Shown: positions 37,972-46,769 of the stretch, piece by piece
Layout of the letters: the number at the start of each line of letters is the position of its first letter
Numbering within the stretch: the first letter of the stretch is position 1
Assembly (NCBI GenBank): GCA_000724175.1
Contig: JPGV01000010.1
Span: 61,199-125,198 of the forward strand
Direction of reading: 5' to 3'
DNA: 64,000 bases
DNA from: [Candidatus Thermochlorobacteriaceae] bacterium GBChlB
Lineage (GTDB): Bacteria; Bacteroidota; Chlorobiia; Chlorobiales; Thermochlorobacteraceae
The notes under the pieces: generated by a model
Seen by the model: only the letters and a program-made list of their open reading frames with translations
Databases searched by the model: none
What the model was told of the DNA's origin: nothing
Made by a program: the position numbers and the translations under genes

Positions 37972-38015
37972 AGAATAAAAAACGCTCCGCTCGACACAAC
38001 TCGCCAAGCGGAGCG
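37972..38015 (-). terminator. probable intrinsic terminator after the LamG/T9SS gene
   Basis: The minus strand reads CGCTCCGC (38015-38008), a 17-nt loop, GCGGAGCG (37990-37983), then TTTTTTATT. The hairpin begins 22 nt after the stop at 38038. The large loop lowers confidence. Confidence 0.45.
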
Positions 38016-38037
38016 CACAAATGATGGAGCAACAACT

Positions 38038-41000
38038 TTACTTTAAGAGCATCATCTTGCGTGTTTCCGCAAATGACCCCGCTTGCAATCGATAGAAATA
38101 AACGCCGCTGGCTAAACTTGAGGCGTTGAACTGCACCACATAGTTGCCCGCGCTTTGGCGTCCATTGACCAACGTAGCCACCTCTCGGCCAAGCAGGTCA
38201 TAGACTTTCAGGGTTACAGTTTGCGCTGAAGGCAATGTGTAGCTAATGGTCGTCGCCGGGTTGAACGGGTTTGGATAGTTCTGCGCCAACCGGAACTCCT
38301 CAGGTTTGCCGCCCAAGTTAATCGGCGTGTTCAGCAAGCCTGCCACAGGATTGCGGTCGAGTTTTGTGCCGATGCCGAACTGTCCGAGCTCCTCGCGCGT
38401 CAGGTTGAACGCTTTGAGGAAGTTGCCGCTTCGCATGGTGCTGAGCGCAATCCATGGCGATGTGGCATTGTTGCGACGGGCGATGTAAAGGTTCTGCGGA
38501 CGCAGAATGTTTGTCAAGCCCGCCACATCGAGGCTGATGTCGAATCGGGCGCGCGCGCCTAAGCCCGTTTGGTTGATTGTCCAGATTCTGCCCGGAATGA
38601 CCACGTGCGGCGCAGGGTCGCCATCGTTAATACGGTAGATGTTATTGTAGCCCACTGTGTCAATGACACCTACGCCGATTCTGATGGTATCAACCGTTGC
38701 AATTGTGCTGCGCGTTGCGGTCAATGTGCCGCTGGTTGTGTCGTTGCGCGCGAGTTCAACGAAAGCACCTGTTGAGCCAAGCACATAGTAGCCTTCGCCT
38801 GCTTCTCTGGCGGCGATGGTCGGGTTTGCTGTAAAGGCTTTAGCCGCAAGCGGGAACGGGCTTTCATCGGCAATGATGCTGCGAATGAAAATCTCGCCTC
38901 GGAAGCGCGGCGCGCTGGTAGTATAAACAGGCGCGAAGTCTCCGCCTTGTGAGTCCGGTCCGCGATTGCCGACGACGCGAACCACTCTGTCTGGGTCATC
39001 AAAATTATGGCGGAAGGTCATTCCCGTAATGAGTCCGGGATTGATGTTCAGAATCAGTTGGTCGATGCGCGTGCTGTCGACCGAATAGGTCGCATTGGCA
39101 CCGAAGCCGAAGACATTGCCGAAGTCAAGCCCTCTGAATTCGTTGGTGAAGTCAAAGATGTATTCGTGATACTTGCCGTCGGCGATGAGCGTGGCTTGGC
39201 GCGGGATTTCATTGCTGAATCGGCGTCCGCCGTTGGTTACGCGGAATTGTCGTCCCGTGTCGCCGGGCGCGTTGATATACGGCGGGCGACTCGCGTCGCG
39301 CAAAATAATTTGCAGGGTCGGCGCAATGTCGCGGTTAAAGGCGTTAAGGTTTTCCGTCGTTGTTCTTGCAAAGACGTGCAGCACTTTTGCGCGGCTCAAG
39401 TTGACGGGTGTGGTATCTGTTGCCGACGATTTGAACGTTTTCCAGATAGGGTCGCCACCGCCACCGAGCGTATCACGCGCGCCGCCGGGCAACGGACGCA
39501 AGCCTTGTGGCAATCCATTCACGCCAATGTTACCCGATACACCGATGCGCAGCGCGGGCGCGCCTTGGTCAGTCGTCCAAGCCAGTGTATGGCGGTCGCG
39601 CGTAAAGACGCCGAAGAGCGGTGGCGGTACTGTCCAGCCGTTGCGGTTAGTATCCGAGACGCTGAAGTTATCCAGCTCAAGTCGAGACGGTGCAGTGTTA
39701 CTCGGCACGCTGATGGAAAACTTCAAACTCAGGTAACGCTCGACCTGATCGATTTCAGCAGTCGAAAGCGCGCGGTTATAGACAATCACTTCGGCAATGT
39801 CGTTCTGACCTGCGCCCGTGCCGTTGAGCAATGCGCCCAAGCGTAATCTCGCGCCGCTTCCGCCCGCGTTGGTTACCGTGCCGGAATACGTTGCGATTGA
39901 AAATTGTCCTTGCGCAAGCGCCAGCGCAGTCGCACCATTTCGACGCAGGGTTGGCGCTGCGCCGCCCGTTGGTGCAGCCGCGAGCGTTCTGGTTCCGCCT
40001 GTTGCTGCAAGCAAGGCAAAGCCAGTCGCACTTGCTGCTGTGTCGGCGGTGGCGCCAATAACCGTTTCACGGCTTACGGCTGACAGCGTTGCGCGTTGAT
40101 TGGCGAAGACTGCGAAGGCTGTAATCGCGCCGCTCGTCGGGAGCGCAACGCCCATGGTGTCGTCTGTTCCATCAAACCGCAGCGCAGCGAAGTTATTGAC
40201 CAAACTTGGCACAAGAGTCGGACGTGCGCCGCCATTGGAGACGGCGTTGCGACGATTGCCCGACGCATCCAGCCAGAACGGCACAGCATCGCCACGATTA
40301 AATCCTGACTGACTGATTTCATCGGCGCGCAGCCAGAGTTGAATGCCCGATGACGGAATTTGCGTTACTGGTGCAGCGTTGAAGAGCGGAATAAGCGGGA
40401 TGTTGTAGCGACCGCTCAGGTAACTTTCAACTTGTGCGCGCTCATCGCTGCTCAATCGACGATTGTAAATCAAAATTTCTGCGATGTCGTTTCGACCAGC
40501 GCGTGTCGAGTCGCGATTTGCGCCGATAACGAAAGGTCGACCGCTGCCGCGCGTGTTTTGCAAATCGAAGGCTTCGTAAGTGATAATCGTAAACTCACCC
40601 AAGTTCAGCGTGGGCGACACGGCAAACCCATTTCGGCGAATCGCAAAGCCACCGTCAGCGCCTTCGTTGCTGCCGCCTTCACGGCGAATTTCACGGTTCG
40701 ATCGGTTCGCAAACGTGTTGTAGCTTGAGAAGCCAAAGCCTCTGGCGGGAAAATCGTTCTTCGTTGCAATGACCATATCGACACCGTCGCCCGATGCCAA
40801 GAGCGGGTCACGTTGATGTGCCAAGACAACAAACGCCGTAACGGTCGCCTGCGTGGAGTCGTTGACGGTCATCAACGGCTGGTCTTTGGTTAAACCACCA
40901 TTCCCATTGAAACGGACAGCTGGCAGCCCGTTAATCGCGTTGGCGCGCAGTGTGGGACGAAATGTGCCAGTTGATGTGGCTGGACGGCTGTTGCCGGAGT

Positions 41001-41160
41001 TGTCGGGCCAAGTGCTAATGGGTTGTCCATCAGAAACGCCCGTAATGTCGCTGGCGCGCAGCCAGAAGCGCAGTCCGTTTGTCGGAACTGGCTGCTGAGC
41101 CGTCGCTGTTACGCTAAACAGAAGTGCAAACAGCAGTAACAGTATCGCTGGTTTTCTCAT
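38038..41160 (-). CDS. secreted T9SS cargo with two N-terminal LamG-like (concanavalin-type lectin) modules, a ~470-aa unknown region and a type-A C-terminal sorting domain
   Basis: Start at ATG 41160 (MRKPAILLLLFALLFSVTATAQQ). There are two repeats of the pattern GL.FWLRA..I......I..WPD.SGN...........RPTL......N....VRF.G ... NDIAEI(V)LIYNR.LS..E...VE.YLS.(R/K)(Y/F). The C-terminus NYPNPFNPATTISYTLPSAQTVTLKVYDLLGREVATLV...SGVYFYRLQAGSFAETRKMMLLK is TIGR04183-like. Confidence 0.7.
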   Translation of the reverse strand: MRKPAILLLLFALLFSVTATAQQPVPTNGLRFWLRASDITGVSDGQPISTWPDNSGNSRPATSTGTFRPTLRANAINGLPAVRFNGNGGLTKDQPLMTVNDSTQATVTAFVVLAHQRDPLLASGDGVDMVIATKNDFPARGFGFSSYNTFANRSNREIRREGGSNEGADGGFAIRRNGFAVSPTLNLGEFTIITYEAFDLQNTRGSGRPFVIGANRDSTRAGRNDIAEILIYNRRLSSDERAQVESYLSGRYNIPLIPLFNAAPVTQIPSSGIQLWLRADEISQSGFNRGDAVPFWLDASGNRRNAVSNGGARPTLVPSLVNNFAALRFDGTDDTMGVALPTSGAITAFAVFANQRATLSAVSRETVIGATADTAASATGFALLAATGGTRTLAAAPTGGAAPTLRRNGATALALAQGQFSIATYSGTVTNAGGSGARLRLGALLNGTGAGQNDIAEVIVYNRALSTAEIDQVERYLSLKFSISVPSNTAPSRLELDNFSVSDTNRNGWTVPPPLFGVFTRDRHTLAWTTDQGAPALRIGVSGNIGVNGLPQGLRPLPGGARDTLGGGGDPIWKTFKSSATDTTPVNLSRAKVLHVFARTTTENLNAFNRDIAPTLQIILRDASRPPYINAPGDTGRQFRVTNGGRRFSNEIPRQATLIADGKYHEYIFDFTNEFRGLDFGNVFGFGANATYSVDSTRIDQLILNINPGLITGMTFRHNFDDPDRVVRVVGNRGPDSQGGDFAPVYTTSAPRFRGEIFIRSIIADESPFPLAAKAFTANPTIAAREAGEGYYVLGSTGAFVELARNDTTSGTLTATRSTIATVDTIRIGVGVIDTVGYNNIYRINDGDPAPHVVIPGRIWTINQTGLGARARFDISLDVAGLTNILRPQNLYIARRNNATSPWIALSTMRSGNFLKAFNLTREELGQFGIGTKLDRNPVAGLLNTPINLGGKPEEFRLAQNYPNPFNPATTISYTLPSAQTVTLKVYDLLGREVATLVNGRQSAGNYVVQFNASSLASGVYFYRLQAGSFAETRKMMLLK

Positions 41161-41270
41161 TGTTGTTAATTGGTTAGTGTTGACAAAACATTCATTCAAG
41201 AAATGTAGACGCCTCTCGAAGTGAATCCGTTGAGCATCGAGACGCGATTGCATGTTTTGTTGAATCGAAA

Positions 41271-41287
41271 ATTTAATCGTTTCAATT
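41271..41287 (-). promoter_or_regulatory. 17-mer ATTTAATCGTTTCAATT (minus strand AATTGAAACGATTAAAT); candidate LacI-family operator, copy 1
   Basis: Identical to 56112-56128. It is an imperfect palindrome centred on CG (TTGAAAC|GATTAAA, 5 of 7 symmetric). It lies in the ROK/LamG intergenic region, upstream of the LamG gene. Confidence 0.4.
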
Positions 41288-41342
41288 TTCTGACGAGAAA
41301 TTTAAGGCACTTGGTTCAAAATTTCAAAATGTTGTCGCGCCC

Positions 41343-42242
41343 TCATTCAGCCACGAGCATCGCTGCGCCGAAGACGCCTGCACTGTCGCCCAATAAGGGC
41401 TTGAGAATCCGTGTATCGAGCCGATGGTTGAAGACGTATTTTTTAAGTTCTGCCACGCCCTCGGTGTAGAGCGTATCGATATTGCCCACGCCGCCGCCCA
41501 CGACAACCGCATCGGGGTCTAAAATGTTAATCACCGACGCGAGTGCTCTGCCGAAATAGTGATGCAGTCGGTTCATCGTCGCGCTGGCTGCCGCATCGAT
41601 ATTTTGTTGATGCCGTCGAACAATATCGGGCAAGCCGAGCTGGCTGCCACTTTGCGAAGCGTAGTACTTCTCGAGCGCGGGACCTGCAATAAAACTCTCG
41701 ACGCAGCCCCTGATACCGCTGTAACACATCTCGCCGTTTTCGTCCAGCACATTGTGTCCCCATTCACCAGCGATGCCTTGCGCGCCGTTCAAGACTTTTC
41801 CATCGACGACCACGCCGCCGCCGACGCCTGTTCCCATAATTACACCGAAAACGACCGACGCGCCTTTCGCCGCGCCCAACCGCGCTTCTGCTAAGGCGAA
41901 ACAATTGGCATCATTGGCGACGACCACCTCAATGCCGAGTTTGTTCGATAAATCTTTCGGCAAATTTTTTCCGTTGAGCGCCGTCGTGTTGCAGTTTTTC
42001 ATTGCGCTGATGTGTTTATCGAACGTGCCCGGTGTGCCAATGCCAATGCGGCTCGGCAGCCCGCCTGTCTTCGTCGAGAGGTCTTTTACCAGCAGTGCAA
42101 TTTGATCTAAGATATGCTCGTAGCCCTCTGCGGCTTCGGTCGGCACGCGCACTCGACAGAGCGGCTCGATGCTCGACGCTTCAGGCAGCACCACGCCCTC
42201 GATTTTTGTTCCGCCTAAATCAATTCCCCACACATGCGACAT
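41343..42242 (-). CDS. ROK-family sugar kinase, Mak (manno/fructokinase)-like
   Basis: 299 aa with GIDLGGTKIE, ANDANCFALAEA, GTGVGGGVV, GEWGH and ILDPDAVVVGGGVGN. Collinear with E. coli Mak as I recall it. No N-terminal HTH, so a kinase rather than a repressor. Confidence 0.8.
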   Translation of the reverse strand: MSHVWGIDLGGTKIEGVVLPEASSIEPLCRVRVPTEAAEGYEHILDQIALLVKDLSTKTGGLPSRIGIGTPGTFDKHISAMKNCNTTALNGKNLPKDLSNKLGIEVVVANDANCFALAEARLGAAKGASVVFGVIMGTGVGGGVVVDGKVLNGAQGIAGEWGHNVLDENGEMCYSGIRGCVESFIAGPALEKYYASQSGSQLGLPDIVRRHQQNIDAAASATMNRLHHYFGRALASVINILDPDAVVVGGGVGNIDTLYTEGVAELKKYVFNHRLDTRILKPLLGDSAGVFGAAMLVAE

Positions 42243-42254
42243 TTGCGTTCAGCA

Positions 42255-44114
42255 TTACTTGGTAAGTTGAACAACCCCCGACACCGGCACATCAATGCGA
42301 TGAACACCCTTGCCGAAGTTCCGTTTCTCTTTACGCAGCAAGTTTCCCATGCAATCGAGAACTTCCATCGTGCATCCGTTAAGCTTGGCCTCGAGCTCAA
42401 GCACGACACCCTTGCGATGCGACGCATTGACGATGATGAGCGTCTTCGGCACATCTTTATCAATATCGACGACCATATCGGCGTAGAGCGCAACGATGCG
42501 TTTTGTTTTGTTCGCGGCGGCGACGATAGGATAGTTCAACTCAGGGTGTTGCGGCTGGAAATCACCATTGAGCAAGACATCACGGTGCGTCCTCCAAAAT
42601 GTCATCCAATAGCGAATCATCTGCACATGCGCCGTTGGAATTTTCTCGAATCGAGTCGAGAGTTGCGGCACCGCAAAAAGGACGTTCAAAATTTGTTCAG
42701 CGGCAATCTCGACAGGTTCGTTGGCGTTCCATGTTAGCATATCGCTATGCACCGCCGTGCCGCCAGAGAGCAAGCGAATATCGGTGGTGCGGACGCGGTT
42801 CTCGAGCGCATCGTTTGCACAGTCGCCCGCACGAAAGAGGTTGCCCGACGTGCGCATCGCAGGAGAAATGTATGCTTGACGAAATTCAATCATCAGGTCA
42901 GGCTTGAGCGTTTCCAACCGCGTGCGAATGTCGCTCATCAGTTTCACTGTCGCTTCTTCAACGGAGTCGAAGTCGCGCCCGCCGCCGGCGCTTGTCGCAG
43001 CAAGGTCTGGTAAGCGAAGCATATCAACGAAGTCCAATTTTAAGCCGTCGAGGTCGTATCGCCGTACGCCGTCTTCAAGTCGCCCGATAATGTATTCGCG
43101 CACGTCGGCAAACCGCGGGTCAAGCACGTGCGTTCTTAGCCCCCAATCGGTATAAAGAATTTTCTCTTTGAAGGTTTGCGCAGCGCGACTTCGCAGTCCA
43201 GCAAACGGCACAGCATACCACAAGAGAACTTTCATATCCAACTTGTGAATCTCCGCAACTGTTTGTTTGAAATCAGGAAACATGGTTGGATTGATTTCCC
43301 AGTCGCCGCAATCTTCGTAGATGCTGCGCGCGTCGGCGGTTTGCCAGCCATCGTCGATGATGACGGCGTCGCAGCCAAACTCTTTGGCAATTTTGCACTG
43401 CAAGAGCAGCGTGTCGGCGTTGAGCGCCTTGTGAAATGAATACCACGACGAATACATCGGCAGTCGACCGACCTTAGGCACGGGCATCGGCGGGTAGAAC
43501 GTCTCATACCACTTGCGGCAGTCATCGAGCGTTTGATAGAATTTCTTTGGGCGCGTGTCGAGGCGTAGGTCAAGCGCATAGTTTTTTTTCGGAGCGCGGT
43601 CGCGCCAGAAGAGTTCGATTTTGCAGTCGAGGCTCGAGGTTTCTTCATTAACACCCATGCGAGTTGTTATCGGGCTGACGGCGTCGGAGCAAGCAAAGGT
43701 GAGTTTGTTATCGCCGTTTGCGTTGTGCGCAATCATCAGTGGCGCATGGTGCGTCGCGCTCGAGTAAAATCCTTCTTGCCATGTGATTCGCAAATGGCGC
43801 GAGAACATCATTGACGCGTGCCAGTTCGATTGCACATCAATAATCGGGTGCGAGAAAGCGAGCGTAAGTCCAGCGGGCAACGTGTCGGGCGTGGGCGACT
43901 CGAGCGTGAGCCTAACGATGTCGAGCCCCAGCTCAATCGGCGTCGTCGTCAAGGTCGCCTTGAAACTGCGCATGTCGCCGTAGAGATACACAGCGTGGGT
44001 TGGCGTTTGGACAACTTGCCGTTGCGCCGAAGCATTGTGGCTTGCCCACACAAGCGCAAGCAGAGCGACAAAAAATTTTCCCGCCTTTTTTGCGAAGCGT
44101 TGAAGCGTCAGCAT
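42255..44114 (-). CDS. secreted clan-D alpha-galactosidase-like glycoside hydrolase (GH36/GH27-like)
   Basis: AVIIDDGWQT...DWEINPTMFPDFK...HKLDMKVLLWY...DLDGLKLDFVD follows the melibiase-type (DDGW / K.D nucleophile) pattern. The start at ATG 44114 (MLTLQRFAKKAGKFFVALLALVWASHNASAQ) is preferred. The exact GH family is uncertain. Confidence 0.55.
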   Translation of the reverse strand: MLTLQRFAKKAGKFFVALLALVWASHNASAQRQVVQTPTHAVYLYGDMRSFKATLTTTPIELGLDIVRLTLESPTPDTLPAGLTLAFSHPIIDVQSNWHASMMFSRHLRITWQEGFYSSATHHAPLMIAHNANGDNKLTFACSDAVSPITTRMGVNEETSSLDCKIELFWRDRAPKKNYALDLRLDTRPKKFYQTLDDCRKWYETFYPPMPVPKVGRLPMYSSWYSFHKALNADTLLLQCKIAKEFGCDAVIIDDGWQTADARSIYEDCGDWEINPTMFPDFKQTVAEIHKLDMKVLLWYAVPFAGLRSRAAQTFKEKILYTDWGLRTHVLDPRFADVREYIIGRLEDGVRRYDLDGLKLDFVDMLRLPDLAATSAGGGRDFDSVEEATVKLMSDIRTRLETLKPDLMIEFRQAYISPAMRTSGNLFRAGDCANDALENRVRTTDIRLLSGGTAVHSDMLTWNANEPVEIAAEQILNVLFAVPQLSTRFEKIPTAHVQMIRYWMTFWRTHRDVLLNGDFQPQHPELNYPIVAAANKTKRIVALYADMVVDIDKDVPKTLIIVNASHRKGVVLELEAKLNGCTMEVLDCMGNLLRKEKRNFGKGVHRIDVPVSGVVQLTK

Positions 44115-44208
44115 GGTCTCCAAGACATCACATGGCGTTGTGGCACTGACATAGTGCTTACGCTGTCGTCCTCGTGCAGCATGGAAGCAGGTGAACACGC
44201 TCATAGAG

Positions 44209-45645
44209 TTAGATTACTTTTTTGAGCAGGTGCGGACGCTCGGCATAGATTTTCAAGACAAGTTCACCGAAAAGCGTATTTGCCCAAGCAAACCATGAGC
44301 GCGTGAAGCGCTTGGCATCGTCTTTGTGAAACGCCTCGTGCATAAAGCCTGTGCCTGCGTGCGTGGTTTTGAGTATGCGCAGTTGCTTCAAAATTTCATC
44401 GTCGCTCGTTGAAGTCAGGGCGACGGCAATTACGCCCAAGTGCCAAATCATTTCCCACCCTGCGTGCGGTCCGCCGTAGCCTTCGCCCGCTTTGCCTTTG
44501 AAGTAATAAATGTGGTCGTCAGATAAAATGAACTTGCGCGTGTTAAGGTAAATCTCGTCGTCGGGCTTGACACAGCCGAAATACGGAAGCGAGATAAGCG
44601 AGGGCAGGTTGCCGTCGTCCATGAAGTAGTAGTTTCCGAAGCCGTCTGTCTCGTAGGCGTAGCAGTCGCCGTAGCCTAAGTGCGAGCGTTTGGCATATCT
44701 GCCCAAGAGTTCTGAAATCTCGTCGGCAAAGCGCACGCAACTTTCTGCGAAGGCTTTGTCTCGACGCTCTGTTGAGACCATTTCCGCAAGGTGGCGCAGC
44801 GATGTGGCAGCGAAAAAATTCGATGGGACGAGAAACGAGAACAGACAAGCATCGTCGGAGGGGCGAAACGCGCTGTGAATTAAGCCAATCTTTCGAGTTG
44901 GAAGCCCAAGCCCATCGTTGGCGATACAGTCGCCATACCACGCCGCAAACTCGCGCTTAAATCGATACGACCCATCGCTCGTGAGCCGTTGCTGTTCGCG
45001 GAACACGTCGTAGATGCGTTTCATCGCCGCGTCCCAGTCGTTATCCATAAACGAGGCATCGCCGGTGGTTTTCCAGTAGAGGTGTGAGAGTCGAATAGCG
45101 TAGCACAGCGAGTCGATTTCCCACTTGCGCTCGTGGAGTTCATTTCGCATCGCAGTTTTGTCGGTGTGCCAGCGCGAGATGGGTTTATCGTCGTAGTTGA
45201 ACGCATTGGCAAACGGGTCAATGAGAATACACTTGACATGTCGATTAATGACGCCTTTGATGAGGTTGGCGAGTTTTTTGTCGCTCTTGCAGAGCGAAAG
45301 ATACGGCGTTACTTGCGCGGCGCTGTCGCGCAGCCACATCGCGGGAATATCGCCAGTGATGATAAACGTATCGAGTTTGCCGTTCAGAACGCCGTGATGT
45401 GTAACCGTTGTATCGAGCGTGTTCGGAAAACAGTTTTCAAACAGCCACGCGAGTTCTTTATCGATTATGATTTTTTTCATTTGCTCAATAGTGGCATCGA
45501 CGGCGTCGCTTCGAAACGTGCGCATCGCTGGTGCAGGCCGCCTACTCCGATATTCCGATAGATGCCGATTTATCTCCCCAGCGTTCAGCCACAGTCCTGA
45601 CAGGGCAAGCGACGATGTCTTTAGAAACTCGCGACGAGACGACAT
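44209..45645 (-). CDS. GH125 exo-alpha-1,6-mannosidase with a Tat signal
   Basis: 478 aa. MSSRREFLKTSSLALSGLW (Tat). FPNTLDTTV...ITGDIPAMWLRDSAAQ is typical of GH125 (PF06824). Confidence 0.8.
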   Translation of the reverse strand: MSSRREFLKTSSLALSGLWLNAGEINRHLSEYRSRRPAPAMRTFRSDAVDATIEQMKKIIIDKELAWLFENCFPNTLDTTVTHHGVLNGKLDTFIITGDIPAMWLRDSAAQVTPYLSLCKSDKKLANLIKGVINRHVKCILIDPFANAFNYDDKPISRWHTDKTAMRNELHERKWEIDSLCYAIRLSHLYWKTTGDASFMDNDWDAAMKRIYDVFREQQRLTSDGSYRFKREFAAWYGDCIANDGLGLPTRKIGLIHSAFRPSDDACLFSFLVPSNFFAATSLRHLAEMVSTERRDKAFAESCVRFADEISELLGRYAKRSHLGYGDCYAYETDGFGNYYFMDDGNLPSLISLPYFGCVKPDDEIYLNTRKFILSDDHIYYFKGKAGEGYGGPHAGWEMIWHLGVIAVALTSTSDDEILKQLRILKTTHAGTGFMHEAFHKDDAKRFTRSWFAWANTLFGELVLKIYAERPHLLKKVI

Positions 45646-45661
45646 AAATAGTTCAGTTAGG

Positions 45662-46765
45662 TTATTTAACCAACAACATCTTTTTGGTTTCTAAAAAACT
45701 GCCCGCCTGCAAGCGGTAAAAATAAACGCCGCTTGGGAGCGCATAAGCGCTTGACGAGAACTGCACGCGATAGTCGCCCGCTTGCTGCCGCGTATTGACG
45801 AGCGTGGCGACTTCTCGACCAAGTGTATCGTAAATCGTGAGCCGCACGTCGCTTGCGATTGGCAGTTTGTAGGCGATGGTCGTTGACGGATTGAATGGGT
45901 TGGGATAGTTTTGCTCCAAGCAAAATGTCTGCGGCGTTGGAGCGTCCAGACGCTCGACGCTGAGCAGTTGTCCGGCTTGGTCAGGCAGCGTTAATCCCAA
46001 GAGCATGATACCATCTCGAAAAAAGATATTTTCGGGGACGAACTGCGCGTTGTTCGCCGCCCATGTATGCGAGGCGCGCTCCCATCGGTCAGGATTAAAG
46101 CCATCAAAATTTTCCGTCCAGCGTAGTGTAAAGCTGCTGTCTGTTCCCGCAGTGCCACGTCCGGGCGTGAAGTCATAGTAACGCACGTAGTCATATCGCG
46201 GATAGACGGGCAAGATGCGCGCGTCGAACACGCCTGTCCAATCAGTGTATATCGGCTGCCAAATGTTCATCATTATTTTTTGTGGGCGCGTGAGCGTTTG
46301 AATATGTCGCTCGGTTTGCCGATAGACCTCGCGCCCATCGATAAACCACGCCACATACCACGGCGTCCATTCAAAGGCATAATCGTGAAACGCTTGATGC
46401 GGATTGAAGTCCACCACATGGCGCTTCACGTGGCTGACTTCATTTGCCGTGATGACATTGAACTGCACTTCGTTGTTGTAGCGCCCAAGAATTTCAATAT
46501 CGATTTCGTTCCATTGGTCTCGGCTCCCAGTAAAGTCGTGATAGGTAAAGAACGTGCTGAGCGTGCCGCTTCCGGGAACGGAGCGCAGTCGAACCTCGAA
46601 GCGTCCGTAGATGAAGGCGTCTTTGGTGCGATACTCTGCGCCGCGAAATGGCTTTCCCGCCATTGATTGTCCGAGATACAGCGGTAGTTTCAAGGTTGGA
46701 ACTTGCGCCATCGCTGTCGAGACGGCAAGCGCGATAAACGCAGCATATAAAGGTAGGCGCGTCAT
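45662..46765 (-). CDS. GH16 endo-beta-glucanase (laminarinase/lichenase-type) with a type-A T9SS C-terminal domain
   Basis: Start at ATG 46765 (MTRLPLYAAFIALAVSTAMAQ). Catalytic motif WNEIDIEILG (ExDxE). C-terminus NYPNPFNPSTTIAYKLP...IYDTLGREVATLV...SGVYFYRLQAGSFLETKKMLLVK. Confidence 0.85.
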   Translation of the reverse strand: MTRLPLYAAFIALAVSTAMAQVPTLKLPLYLGQSMAGKPFRGAEYRTKDAFIYGRFEVRLRSVPGSGTLSTFFTYHDFTGSRDQWNEIDIEILGRYNNEVQFNVITANEVSHVKRHVVDFNPHQAFHDYAFEWTPWYVAWFIDGREVYRQTERHIQTLTRPQKIMMNIWQPIYTDWTGVFDARILPVYPRYDYVRYYDFTPGRGTAGTDSSFTLRWTENFDGFNPDRWERASHTWAANNAQFVPENIFFRDGIMLLGLTLPDQAGQLLSVERLDAPTPQTFCLEQNYPNPFNPSTTIAYKLPIASDVRLTIYDTLGREVATLVNTRQQAGDYRVQFSSSAYALPSGVYFYRLQAGSFLETKKMLLVK

Positions 46766-46769
46766 GATG

